Positions 1 to 10,400 of a stretch of DNA of 27,085 bases are shown one piece after another. A model generated the notes under the pieces. The model saw nothing but the letters and a program-made list of their open reading frames with translations. It had not been told where the DNA came from and ran no database searches. A program made the translations under genes and the position numbers. Source of the stretch: an uncultured Candidatus Binatia bacterium (lineage in GTDB: Bacteria; Desulfobacterota; Binatia; UBA9968; JAJDTQ01); NCBI GenBank assembly GCA_965213675.1, contig CBDCAF010000011.1, forward strand, positions 1 through 27,085, written 5' to 3'. Numbering within the stretch: position 1 is the first letter of the stretch; every line of letters starts with the position of its first letter.

Positions 1-60
1 AGGACATCTTGCCCAAGGCTTGGGCCATTCGCGGAAGAACAGGGGATTTCCTGTCATACA

Positions 61-72
61 TGGCGGAGAGGG
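61..72 (-). repeat. Putative att site: 12-bp direct repeat of the tRNA-Ser 3' end
   Basis: TGGCGGAGAGGG at 61-72 is identical to 14096-14107 (tRNA 3' end including CCA), same orientation, and lies ~80 bp from an integrase fragment. Confidence 0.75.
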
Positions 73-152
73 GAACTGTAGAATACCGATTTCGACCGTC
101 CCCCTACGCCTCCCAATTTTCACTTAACAATCTAATAAATATGCGTTTTTTG

Positions 153-331
153 CGCATCCTCATCACGGGCGCCAGACCAACATCGGCCTTGGCAAGTACC
201 CTTCCGTTTCGCTCGCCAACGCCCGCGACAAGGCGCTCGCCAACATTCGCCTCGTGCGCAGGGGAGGTGATCCCCGACGAAGGGACCGGGCGGTTCCGAC
301 GGTGATGGATGTCGTTGAGAAGGTGATCGCG
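153..331 (+). pseudogene. P4-like tyrosine integrase fragment (arm-DNA-binding region only)
   Basis: Reads RILI-(frameshift ~165)-GRQTNIGLGKYPSVSLANARDKALANIRLVRRGGDPRRRDRAVPTVMDVVEKVIA, matching the LGxYPxvSLaeARxkA...GxDP pattern of P4-family integrase N-termini; no catalytic domain follows. Confidence 0.8.
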
Positions 332-827
332 CGCGCGCCTGCTCAGGCGTTCATCGTCGATCCGTGGACGCTTCGTGCACGCATGAACCGCACCAACTGT
401 GCCGACACTCGCATGGACTCCAGGTGCCAGCCCGCCGCCTGACATGCACACGACGCCGGACTCACGCGCCAACCCTTCGGGTCCGTCCACCACGTCGCGA
501 ACTTCGGGCTGGCGGTGGTCATCGGCGCGCCGGTCAGATCGCGGAAGCCGCTCGAACGGCAGCGCGCAGGAAACGCCCCGGACCTTGGACAGGTACGCAG
601 CGACAATTTGGTTGGGGTCGGGTTCCACGTTACTTCCGTCAGCACGGCGTAGCCGAGATCCGCCGACCCCGCCGACGGCCGTCACGCGACCGCCCCGAGC
701 CCGTTCTTCGTCGCCGGGTCAGGACCTCCAGCGGCACAACACACGATTGCCAACCGGCTGGAGAGAGTCGGAACCCCGACTCCGACTGAGCAAGCCGTAT
801 CGGTGGAGGGCATTCGAATCCTCCGCG

Positions 828-1215
828 TCATTCCCCGGCAAGGGGAGTGGTCCTCGACGAATCATCGAGCGGCCCGGTTCTGGGTGGAAGGAATCGGACC
901 TCGTCACCGGTTCGGGCTGCCGGAACCGCAAGCACGTCGCAGCCAAGGACATCGTCGATCCACGTCTGTGGCGCCGCATCGGTGTGCCTAGTGTGCCACT
1001 GACCGGTGTCGGTGCCGGTGTCACTCCGCCAGAACACCGGGACGCGGTCTCGGGTCGCGGGATCGTAGCGTAGCTCCCAAGTAGGACAACTTTTGGACTC
1101 GCATCGCGCGTGCCGAAGCACTTGCGATCTCGTGCCGTGAATTGGACATCGCGGCCGCCGCAGGCCGGGTCATGTGGCCAAAGCCTGCTGGCACACGATC
1201 TCCTCGTGCGCTGGT
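828..1215 (-). pseudogene. Frameshifted C-terminal Zn-ribbon tail, probably of the upstream McrC-like gene
   Basis: Across frames: AHEEIVCQQALAT-(C)PACGGRDVQFTARDRKCF-HARCESKSCPTWELRYDP...WIDDVLGCDVLAVP...stop at 828. Removing base 1170 turns ACA TGA CCC G into ACA TGC CCG (T-C-P); a second indel sits at ~1113. Confidence 0.55.
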
Positions 1216-1472
1216 CGACTACGGGGTGCTCAGGTCTTCGCCCGTGCGCATCAAGAAGGCGGTGTCGATAGACAGCACCATCGTCTTGCGCCATCCGTGC
1301 GATTCATATGGTTGCCGCGGATTGGCTATCACCTTCTCTCTCTCCCCTCGCTGAACCAGCAGCATGGCCGCGATCATGGACCGAGCGTACGTGGCGAGAG
1401 CCTTCTGCTCTCCCGCGCGACCCTCGCCAAACTTTCCTTTGAAGGGATTCCGGCGCTCCAACCGCTTCGACG

Positions 1473-3332
1473 TCATCTTCCTCGGATTCTTGGCGTCCGA
1501 TAGTGTTGTACGGCCTGCAGAAGGCCGCGTCTCTCGACGTTGGGACTACTTCTCCGCCCGTCTACACGGGCCTTCTTGAGCGCCTCCTGTGCGTCTGCTT
1601 GGTCTCGCACCAACTGGTCCCGATCCGAGCGAGCCTTCTGCAAACGCCCCTCGATGTTCAACTCCGAGAGCTCGTTTGGACGCGGAGGCTGCACCATTGC
1701 CCATGAGGACCCTCCACGGTCCGCTTGCCATGAGCCTTGTCGGGCCACGTTCACCATGTCCGGCTGCTGAATCGCCTGCAAGGTCGGCGGATACGCAAGC
1801 ATCCGGCGTGCGAGGGTCCCCCATCGGATCGCCCTGGACACCCGCTCGACGCTGTCAAGGGAGAACGGCGAGACTCGTATGAAGTCAATGGCTCCCGACA
1901 TCGACAGGTCCGGAGGGTTACCAATGCCTGCCAACAGGTCATGCGGCGGCTTGCCGGGGACGGCAGGGTGCAGGATGACGGTCCAGAGGGCCGCGTCGGC
2001 GACGTCACCGACAAGCGAGTCAATGCGCGCATTGGCCGCCTTCCGTGTCCTCGCGCGTTCGAGTGCGTGAGCCACCGGAATGAAGCGGACGACAATCTTG
2101 TCTACATCCGCAAGGGTGATTGAGCCATCCTCTTCCCATGCGACTCGGAAGCCTCCATCTAGTCGGATGCTGCACCCCGGCCGGATCTCCGACTCCAAAC
2201 CGTCGTCTTCGCCCGGGTCGAGCCTGAGCTGCGAGCAGGCCCGCACCACGAGGAGCATGCACCATGCGTCGAAGCCGCTACGCAGGTCCTGGTGCCGGAC
2301 GTACAGCTCGCGAGGGGACGGGGCACGCAGCGCCGCCAGTTGAGACCACTCATGCCAAAGTCGTGCGATGCCGCGGTAGTGGTCATCGTTGCGGAGAAGA
2401 TTGGTCATCCGCAGTGCGCGCGGCGCCGGGGCGCGCTTGGGGATGTGCCGGTACAGCCGGGAGTCCATCAAGCCGAGCGTGCGGTAGAGCAGGCGGTCGA
2501 GCCGTTTGAGCGTCCGCTCGGCGATCTCGCGGCCTTGGCTCGCGTCCCACACCTCGCCCCACATCCGGTAGATCCGATCGGCGCGGTGACGGGTTCCCGA
2601 GACCGATTCGCCGATGCTCCCCACGCGGGCCAGGATGTCGTCGAGGATGCGGCGTACCTCGGCGATTCGCCGACGCAACCAGGTGACGAGGTTGTCCACG
2701 AGGCGTACGGCGACCCGGTTCTCGTAGAGGTCCCATTGTTCCTCCCGCACCTCGGCGAGGATTCGGCGCGGCTGGATGCCGGAGATCTTTCGATGATCCC
2801 AGTCTTCCGTGTGGAAGGCGAGCCATGCCGGAGCGTTCGGCGCAATCCTCCGGGCGCGCGCCACGAGGACGCGCTCGGTCTCCACACGGATGTGGGTGCG
2901 GGGTTTGCGACAGACGGCCACGAGGTGGTCCAGCTCGGCCTCGATGCGGTCTTCGAATGGATCGGGCTTTACCGCTTTGTCCAGCCCGGGCGCGAGCGGA
3001 CTGGTCTCGCTCCACTCCAGCCAGCCACCCTTCGCCTTCTCGGCGTCTCGCAGCCGTCTACCAAGCTCCCGCACGGCCTCGACATCCTGCTCGTCGGGCA
3101 GGGGATCGGCGAAGAAACGCCCTCTCGTCGGGATGGTGTCGCCGGGCCGGGTCAGCGCGCAGTCCCCGGCCGCTCCCGGCGTCAAAGCGTCTCCGGCATC
3201 TGCCGGCCATCCGTTGATGCGCACCGCTCCGGCCGCGTCGCTCGGATCGAAAAACCAGCACCCGAAGAGCATCCTCTCGGGCAGTTGCTCCGCCTCGACC
3301 GATCGGCCCGAGATCCGATTCCTGAAGCTCAT
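1473..3332 (-). CDS. DUF2357/McrC-like protein (CnuC-like), probably 3'-truncated
   Basis: 619 aa; WDLYENR and TNLLRNDDHYRGIARLW segments typical of DUF2357/McrC N-domains; ATGA overlap with the McrB-like stop; short coiled coil near the end. Confidence 0.8.
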   Translation of the reverse strand: MSFRNRISGRSVEAEQLPERMLFGCWFFDPSDAAGAVRINGWPADAGDALTPGAAGDCALTRPGDTIPTRGRFFADPLPDEQDVEAVRELGRRLRDAEKAKGGWLEWSETSPLAPGLDKAVKPDPFEDRIEAELDHLVAVCRKPRTHIRVETERVLVARARRIAPNAPAWLAFHTEDWDHRKISGIQPRRILAEVREEQWDLYENRVAVRLVDNLVTWLRRRIAEVRRILDDILARVGSIGESVSGTRHRADRIYRMWGEVWDASQGREIAERTLKRLDRLLYRTLGLMDSRLYRHIPKRAPAPRALRMTNLLRNDDHYRGIARLWHEWSQLAALRAPSPRELYVRHQDLRSGFDAWCMLLVVRACSQLRLDPGEDDGLESEIRPGCSIRLDGGFRVAWEEDGSITLADVDKIVVRFIPVAHALERARTRKAANARIDSLVGDVADAALWTVILHPAVPGKPPHDLLAGIGNPPDLSMSGAIDFIRVSPFSLDSVERVSRAIRWGTLARRMLAYPPTLQAIQQPDMVNVARQGSWQADRGGSSWAMVQPPRPNELSELNIEGRLQKARSDRDQLVRDQADAQEALKKARVDGRRSSPNVERRGLLQAVQHYRTPRIRGR

Positions 3333-5794
3333 TCGTCGTTGTCCTCGACTTGACCCAGGCGCCGGAGCTCGGAGCGCAGCAGATCGAGGGCGCGGAGAGG
3401 TGGCGAATTCTCGTCGAGACCGGGCCAGGACTCCTCGATTAGTTGCTTCAGAGTCTCGATGTGCTCCGGTCGGTTGTCGTGACGGTTCCTGAGCTTGCGG
3501 AGAAGACGCATCGCCAGCATGTGGTCCGTCGCTTCCCCGACGCTCCCGCCGGCGGCGACTACGACCGGGATGTACCGATGTATCTGCCGCTCCAGGCGGG
3601 GACCCCAGCCTATGTCGAAATCGCTCTTGAGCTGATCGCGGATGTTGGAATCGAGGAATTCGATTGCCTTGTTCGCGGATTGCTTTCCTCTCTGCATTGC
3701 GGTCCGGAACGCCGTTTGTAGAGCTCTGAAAGAAACCGGGTGGCGCGGCAGCGGTTTGTCGACAGGGAATTGCTTCGGACGATGCGGAAACTCCATGACG
3801 TGGGACCGATCATAGGTCTTGTCCGCGAAGTCCATGGTCGTCTCGTCGTGATTGGCGGTTCCGACAAACCACACGTTCGGCGGGATGCGCAGCCCGCGCC
3901 CTTCGATGAGCCGCGACGGGGCCGGCTCCACCGGATGCGTCATGAGCACCAGACGCCGGTCCTCCTGTGTGAGTTCCAGAGCGGACAGCAGATCGGAGAA
4001 GTACTGCTCCGGATGGGAGAGGTTCATCTCGTCCAGCAGCACGATCCGGATGGTGTCCTTCCATCGTGGCGTGCCAGCTCGGTACAGTGCCTGGAGGAAC
4101 TCCTTCTCGTAGAACCTCCTCTCGAAGGCGTTGTAGTGGCCAACGAGGTCCTGTGGGTCGCGCCAGCCGGCCTGCACCTCGATAACGTCGGCCCTCGTGC
4201 CGACCGCACGTGCGAACGCCATGGGAAGGCTGGTCTTGCCGGTCCCGCTGATGCCCTGGAGAAGGAGCAACGGACCCATGGCGAGTCCGCCGAGGAAGCT
4301 GCGAAGGTCGGCCAGCGTGTAATAGAGGGTGTCGTCGGGTCGCGTCGGATCGGACGCGATGCGGTGCTGCAGATCCTCGACGAACGCCTTGAGATCGCCA
4401 ACGTCGTCGGACATTGGCTCGGTCGATTGGAGGGCAGCATCCGCGTCCATGGCAGTGCATGCGGGGAAGGGCGACTTGGCCTCGTTGCGGCTCACCAAGT
4501 CGTCGATCTCCGATCGGACTTGCTCATGTGCTGAGTGGAGCAATTTCCGCCGGCTCTCCAGCGATGCGATGACGTCGCGCTGATCCTCTCGCTCGTTGGC
4601 ATCGGCGTCGGAGTAGGCCAGGCGTCTCTTCAACTCGGAAACCTGTCGGCTCAGCTCGACGCGATCGGCGTGCCATGTTTCCTGCTCATGCTCGAGTTCC
4701 GCGAGGCGGGCGGCGGCTTCGGCGTCGGGACGCTCGGCCAACTGTGTCCGAAACTCGTCGTTCCGGGCGCGTAGCGTCTCGTTCTCATTCAACACCTCGT
4801 CCGGCGTGCGCTGGCCGAATTTGCGATCCGCCTCCACACGTCGCTGAAGAGCCGATTCGAGGGCGTTACGGCCATCCTGCGCATGCTCGAGCTGGTCTTC
4901 GAGGGACCGGATGCGCTGCTCCAGCTTCTCCCGAATGCCCGCCGCCAGTTGCTTCGCCCGATTGCCGAGGTCAACACGCAACTCCGCAAGATCTTCCGCC
5001 TCGAATCTGAGTCGCCGCTTCTCGTTCTCCAGATCTCTCCGTTCCTCGGCGACCAAGGCTTCGCGGTCGTCCAGAGCCTGTTCTCTCTCCGTCAGCCGCG
5101 CTTCGTTCGCCTCTCGTTCCTTCGTGAGCTCTGCCTGGGATGCCTCGCGTTCCGCATCGAGCTGCTTGCGGAGACCGGCGCGCGCCGTCCGTTCCTCCTC
5201 ATGCCACGCATCGCGCATCTCGGCGACTTCGTGTTCCGTCTTCCTCGACTCCGCCCGACGCTCGGCGAGCGACGCTTCGAACTTGGACAGCATCGATCGC
5301 CGTTCGGCATCGAAGCCATGCTCGGCGTTGACCTCTCGCCGGCGGAGATCGACTTCCCGTTGTGTGAGGGCGGCCTCCCGATCGGAAACCTTGCTTTCGT
5401 GTTCGCCCGAGGCCGCAAGACGGGCCGCGAGCTCGTCTTCCTGGGCGTCGATCTGCCTGGTGCGCTCGACAAGCGAAGCCTTCGTCTCGGCGATCTTCGA
5501 TTCCCGTCCGTCCAGTTCTTTGGCACGACGTTCGTACCGGTCCTTTGCTGAGCGGAACATGTCGCGGGTCTCCCGGACGATCTGCGACATGGAATCGAGG
5601 TCCGCGCCCGCGGGTCTCGGATCGTCGGAGATTGCGGACATGTCCTCGTCGGTCGCGATTCCCGTGGCCTCGTCGTGTGCGGCCTTGATCTCCTCCACCC
5701 GTGATGGGGCCGCTGCTTGCTCCGGTTGCTTGGCGCGGGACCGAGATGCGCGGCTCCCGGTGCGTCCTTGCTTCCCGCCCTTACTCCTTGGCAT
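3329..5794 (-). CDS. McrB-like AAA+ GTPase with long N-terminal coiled coil (CnuB-like)
   Basis: 821 aa; Walker A GISGTGKT, VQAGWRDPQDLVG, Walker B VLLDEMNLS, GTANHDETT (NxD), KTYDRS; residues ~70-435 are E/R/A/L-rich heptads. Confidence 0.9.
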   Translation of the reverse strand: MPRSKGGKQGRTGSRASRSRAKQPEQAAAPSRVEEIKAAHDEATGIATDEDMSAISDDPRPAGADLDSMSQIVRETRDMFRSAKDRYERRAKELDGRESKIAETKASLVERTRQIDAQEDELAARLAASGEHESKVSDREAALTQREVDLRRREVNAEHGFDAERRSMLSKFEASLAERRAESRKTEHEVAEMRDAWHEEERTARAGLRKQLDAEREASQAELTKEREANEARLTEREQALDDREALVAEERRDLENEKRRLRFEAEDLAELRVDLGNRAKQLAAGIREKLEQRIRSLEDQLEHAQDGRNALESALQRRVEADRKFGQRTPDEVLNENETLRARNDEFRTQLAERPDAEAAARLAELEHEQETWHADRVELSRQVSELKRRLAYSDADANEREDQRDVIASLESRRKLLHSAHEQVRSEIDDLVSRNEAKSPFPACTAMDADAALQSTEPMSDDVGDLKAFVEDLQHRIASDPTRPDDTLYYTLADLRSFLGGLAMGPLLLLQGISGTGKTSLPMAFARAVGTRADVIEVQAGWRDPQDLVGHYNAFERRFYEKEFLQALYRAGTPRWKDTIRIVLLDEMNLSHPEQYFSDLLSALELTQEDRRLVLMTHPVEPAPSRLIEGRGLRIPPNVWFVGTANHDETTMDFADKTYDRSHVMEFPHRPKQFPVDKPLPRHPVSFRALQTAFRTAMQRGKQSANKAIEFLDSNIRDQLKSDFDIGWGPRLERQIHRYIPVVVAAGGSVGEATDHMLAMRLLRKLRNRHDNRPEHIETLKQLIEESWPGLDENSPPLRALDLLRSELRRLGQVEDNDE

Positions 5795-7400
5795 TTCGAA
5801 TTTCCTTCAAAGCTTCCTCCATGGGCCGCACCGGCAGGTCCAGCAGCAACCCGACGATCTCCAACGTGTCCTCAACGGTGGCGGTGGCCGAGGCCATATC
5901 GAACTGCCCACCTTCGTTGTTGTGGGCTGCTTCCCCGCCATGTTTCGTCACGCGCTCGACCCTTGCGAGAAGGTCCGGTGCCTTTCTGGCAGCCGAACGC
6001 AGCGGGTGCTGCTCTTCGGTCCTCGCACGCAGCAGGGTTGCTGCGACGAGTGGGCGAAGGCGCGGGCTGTCAGGGTAGTCGCTAACCGACTGCACCAACC
6101 CATGTCTGACCCGGCATATGGCCTTGGGAACCGCCAAATCCGCAAATCCAACATCGACCGCCGCCGCCCGCAGCACCTTGGCGTTCACCTCTTTGTCTTC
6201 TCGGGAGAGCCCTGCTGCGACGCCGGCAAGCGGCCACGCCACTGCGACGTCACGGAAGAGCCGTTCGAGCGTTCTCCGGCAAGAGGTCAGGACGTTGCGC
6301 CGGTGCCGCCGGCCCGCGGCGTCGCCAAGGTCTCGCAGCTCGAGCCACCCTTCAAGCGTCTCCGTCAACGGCTCCACGACGCCGTGGTGGTGTACGTCCA
6401 TCGTCAGCGCCCACTCCGCCAGCCGGCGGGCATGGCTCTCTCGACTCCTTGCCGCGCGTCTGAACGTGTCGAAGTCGCCGTGCGGTGTGCGGCCGAGCAG
6501 TCGGTTCAAGCGCCGCGCGAGATGCGGCTCCTTCTCCTCATCGGCCACTCGGACGACAAGCCGCCGCAACCCCGGGTCGCTGCCCCGCCCGAAGAAATCG
6601 CACGCATGCCAATCGGCGTCGTCTTCGTCCTGGGGGACGTACAGGAAAGAGACCAGGAACACGGGCTCCGGCTCCGGCTCGATGACGGAGATCCGGTTGA
6701 AGTCGAGCCCCGAGACGCCGGCAGCCTCCGTATCGTCTTCGTTCTGCCACTCGTCGAGCCGTCGCGAACGCTGTGCACGTCGCTTGTGCCGGCGTACGGC
6801 GCGCAGAATCTCGCGGGCGTCGGGGGGGTCGGCGCCGCCGGACCCGCCGTCGGACAACTCCCCGCCGCGCCCGCCGGGCGGGAACTGCATCCATGCCGAC
6901 TGTCGCCAGGGTCTGCCGGTCGAACCGAACATAAGGACGGGGTGGCCCCTCTCGTCCAGCTCGGTCGGCGCGTACTCCAGGGAGGCCGCCACGAACGGCC
7001 ACAGGCTCCCGTTCCACGGATCTCTGAACACCCAGCCTGGCGCCAGCTTCGTCGAATGCTCGTGCTCCTCCTCGAGCACCTCGATACCGCGCCCGGTGAC
7101 CGTCCATGTGTCGTCGATGCGACCCTGGGTGTGCAATTCCATGGCGACGAACGCCGCGAGTTCGGGATGTACGCCCAGACGAGCACCGAGTTCGTCCGCG
7201 GTGAGCCGGCTGGCCCGCAGCACACCCAACACCGCCTTTTGCAACAGGTTGACGCCGTGCGGCCGAAGCTCCGGCGCCACCACCCGGAAGGCACGGGCCG
7301 GCCAGAGCAGCCATTCCCGGTCGTTGCGCCGGCCGGGGTTCGCGTGGGGGCGCGGTCCATAGGAGAGGACCGGCGTCTCAGGTCCGAACGACGTGGCCAT
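5781..7400 (-). CDS. wHTH + HEPN-like protein (CnuE-like)
   Basis: 539 aa from ATG 7400 (GAGGGA upstream, overlaps helicase end). N-terminal winged helix (NLLQKAVLGVL...TADELGARLGVHPEL...LHTQGRID...TVTGRG); C-terminal helical domain with CRRTLERLF and terminal GGEAAH where an RxxxxH motif would be expected. Confidence 0.7.
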   Translation of the reverse strand: MATSFGPETPVLSYGPRPHANPGRRNDREWLLWPARAFRVVAPELRPHGVNLLQKAVLGVLRASRLTADELGARLGVHPELAAFVAMELHTQGRIDDTWTVTGRGIEVLEEEHEHSTKLAPGWVFRDPWNGSLWPFVAASLEYAPTELDERGHPVLMFGSTGRPWRQSAWMQFPPGGRGGELSDGGSGGADPPDAREILRAVRRHKRRAQRSRRLDEWQNEDDTEAAGVSGLDFNRISVIEPEPEPVFLVSFLYVPQDEDDADWHACDFFGRGSDPGLRRLVVRVADEEKEPHLARRLNRLLGRTPHGDFDTFRRAARSRESHARRLAEWALTMDVHHHGVVEPLTETLEGWLELRDLGDAAGRRHRRNVLTSCRRTLERLFRDVAVAWPLAGVAAGLSREDKEVNAKVLRAAAVDVGFADLAVPKAICRVRHGLVQSVSDYPDSPRLRPLVAATLLRARTEEQHPLRSAARKAPDLLARVERVTKHGGEAAHNNEGGQFDMASATATVEDTLEIVGLLLDLPVRPMEEALKEIRNAKE

Positions 7401-10400
7401 CGGGTCCCTCGCAGAGCTTTCTGAACGCACACAGCGCCGGCACGGACGATTCCGCGTCGGAACCGGCGGCCATCGCGCCGTCGCCGACGACCACCAGCAA
7501 TCTGTGCTGGCGGCTCATCGCGACACAGAGCCGGTTCTCCAGCAGCAGGAAGCCGTATCGACGCCGCCGCGTGGCCTCGTTCTTCACTTGCGTGCGGTTC
7601 GAACGGGTCAGCGACAGGAAGACCACGTCGAATTCCTTGCCCTGGAACGCATCGACGGTGCCGATCCGGAGCCGCTCGCGGCCGTCGCTCGTCCTGCGCC
7701 ACCGATCTCGGACCCGGAATCCGCCCTCGTCGTGTGGCTCCGTCAGGTCCACGCGACGCATCGCGTCCAGGATCTCGTCGCGTTGCGCTGCGTAGAATGT
7801 GACGACCCCTACACTGAGCTCGGGATGGCGGGAGACGACCGCGTGCGCCTCGTCCGCCACGCGGCGCGCTTCGACCGGGCGGCGCTTGCTGCGGCCTGTG
7901 CTCTCGGGTCCACGATCGACGGACAGTTCGATCCAGACGGCCACCTTGCCGGCCAGCGAGACACCGTTCTTCAGGATCACGTCGTGCGCGAACTCGCCCT
8001 CGTCGCGACCGGAGTCGAACTCCTCTCCGTGGGGCTCGTAGAACTGCTCGCTGACGAAACGGCCCAACCGGGGATGCATCCGATACTGCGTGTTCAGGGT
8101 CACCGTCCGCTTGACCCCGTCATTCTTCTCGTGCCGGCGCAGGTCGGTGAACAGCTTCTCGAATAGGCTCTGGCGCAGCGCGGATTGCGTCTCTTCCCGA
8201 CCCGACTGCTCGAGCTCGCGCTCGACGTCCGGCTCGAGGATGTGCGGAAGCTGCCGGTGATCGCCGACGAGAACGATTCGCCGCTCCGCGAGCGCCATGG
8301 GGATCAGAAGATCGAGAGGATTCGACCTCGCCGCCTCGTCCACGATCACGGTGCGGAACACCGTGTCGTCTCCCAGCCTGGCGTCCGCCATCCACCGGCT
8401 GACCGACTGCTGGCAGGTCGCCGCGAGCACCATCGAGTAGTGCCGGATGGTCTCCCGGATCCCTGCGGCGTCGTTCTCCAACCTGGAGAGCCACTCGGCC
8501 ACCGCGACATCCGCGCCGGCTGCCGTCTCCTTCGCCCTCTCCGACAGCGCGTCGATCACACGCATGACCACGCTCTCCACGTCGGCGTGGGTACGCGGGG
8601 CGGCTGGGCTGTCCGCGGCCGGCTGCATCCGATCGATCAGGGCATCCCTTGTCGCCCGGAGACGGCCCAGGAGGTCCTCTCCCGCCGCCGAATCGGGGGG
8701 AACGTCGTGCGCCTCCTCGAGGCACGACCTCTCCTCGCAGGTCAGCGTGAAGCCGTCGACGCGTCCGAGGCGCCGGAGCGCCTTGTACGCATTGGCGGGA
8801 CCGTCGTCCGAGAACGGCACCGCGTCGGACCGAATCGCCCTGACCGCTTTGAGCGCGAACGCGCGGTCGTCGTCGGCGATGTGGACCGGCAGGGACCCGG
8901 ACAGCTTGGCTTGGAGTTCACTCATCGCCGCTGCCAGCTCTCCCGGCAACCAGGGGCCGGCCACATCCGATACGCGGCGAAGTACGCGGGTCGGCTCGTC
9001 CCGGCCGCTCGTCGCCTTCAGGTACGCCACGGCAATCTCGCTGACCGAACGAAGCGCCGCATGGACCGAATCTTCAGCCGCGCCATGGACGCGGGCCGCG
9101 CCCACCGTCTTGGCCGTCTCCGTCCTCCATGCCTCGACGCCGTCGCGTGCCTCGTCCGAACCGCGGCGGTACCCCACCTTGACGGCGGGGAGGCCCATGA
9201 CCCGGGTGGCGGCGGCCGCGTTCTCCACCGCGTCGTGCTGGAAGCTGGTCAGGAGCGTGCTGCCCGAGAGTCCACCGGGATCGACGCCCTCGTCCGGCTC
9301 TGCCAGACGGGCCTGCAAAGCGGCGATCACGCGGGTCTTGCCCGTCCCCGGCGGCCCCTGCACGAGCGCGATGTCCGGTGTGTTCAGGGCGATGTCCAGT
9401 GCGAGCCTCTGGCGGTCGTTGGGATTCGGGAACACGTCACGCACCGCCTTCGTGACCGGCTTCAGACGGCGACCTCGCCGGTCGCGGACCGGCTGCCCCT
9501 CGAGCATCATCCCGAGCTGAGGCATCGGATTCGCGCAGCCCCGGATTCGCTGCCATGCGAGGCGACGTCGGTCGATGCGCATTTCGTCGCCGCCCAGACC
9601 GAGAAAGATGAACCCCCGGGAGGGCGGCTCGCGGTCTTCCTGCTCCGGGGGCGGATGAAGGGTCAGACTGTGGTCCCGCTTCGCCACGAGATCGCCCGTG
9701 AACGGCCGCCGGTGTCCTTCCAGCGCATCTTCGCCATCCGCTCCCTGAATGACCGCGGGGACCTCTTCGCCCGCCTGCAGCTGCTCCCGGTCCAACGCCT
9801 CGAGCCGTCGCCGAAAGTCGACCGCCTTCGCCCCTTCGAGGTCGAGGTCGAAGCGCCACTCTCCGCCGGGAAGCTGTTCCCGGCGGGAGTAGCGCGCCCA
9901 TCCAAGCTCTCGCGCCCGCCGCAGGATCGCCTCGCGCTCCCTGTCGTTGTACGCCTGCCACAGCCCGAGGTAGCTGTCCGCCTGCGCGACGAGGCTGTCG
10001 AGCTCGGTGCGTGCTACTCCCCTGAACTCGCCCGCTACGGTCGCATCGCAGAAGCTGATCTGCCCGGTCGCGAGAAATATCGGCCGGTGCTCGTCGCCTT
10101 CGATCGCGTGCCGCACCGAGACGACGCGGTTGACCCGAAGGCGGTCGTCCGATCCACGCTCGACATCCACCGCGAACCTGTCGCCGTAGAGCCGGAAGGC
10201 GGTCTTCTTGCCGGCGTCGGGTCGGGCCGACCCGGACAGCAGCGCTCTCGGCGGTCCATCGGGATCGCGGGAAGGAAGCAACATGCGTTCCGTCAGCCAT
10301 TGCACGACGCTCTCGACCGAGACCAGGCGTCCCTGGCGCTTGCGCATGTCGTCCACGACCCTGTCGTCGACGCCGATGTCCATAGGCTCGTCCCAGACAA

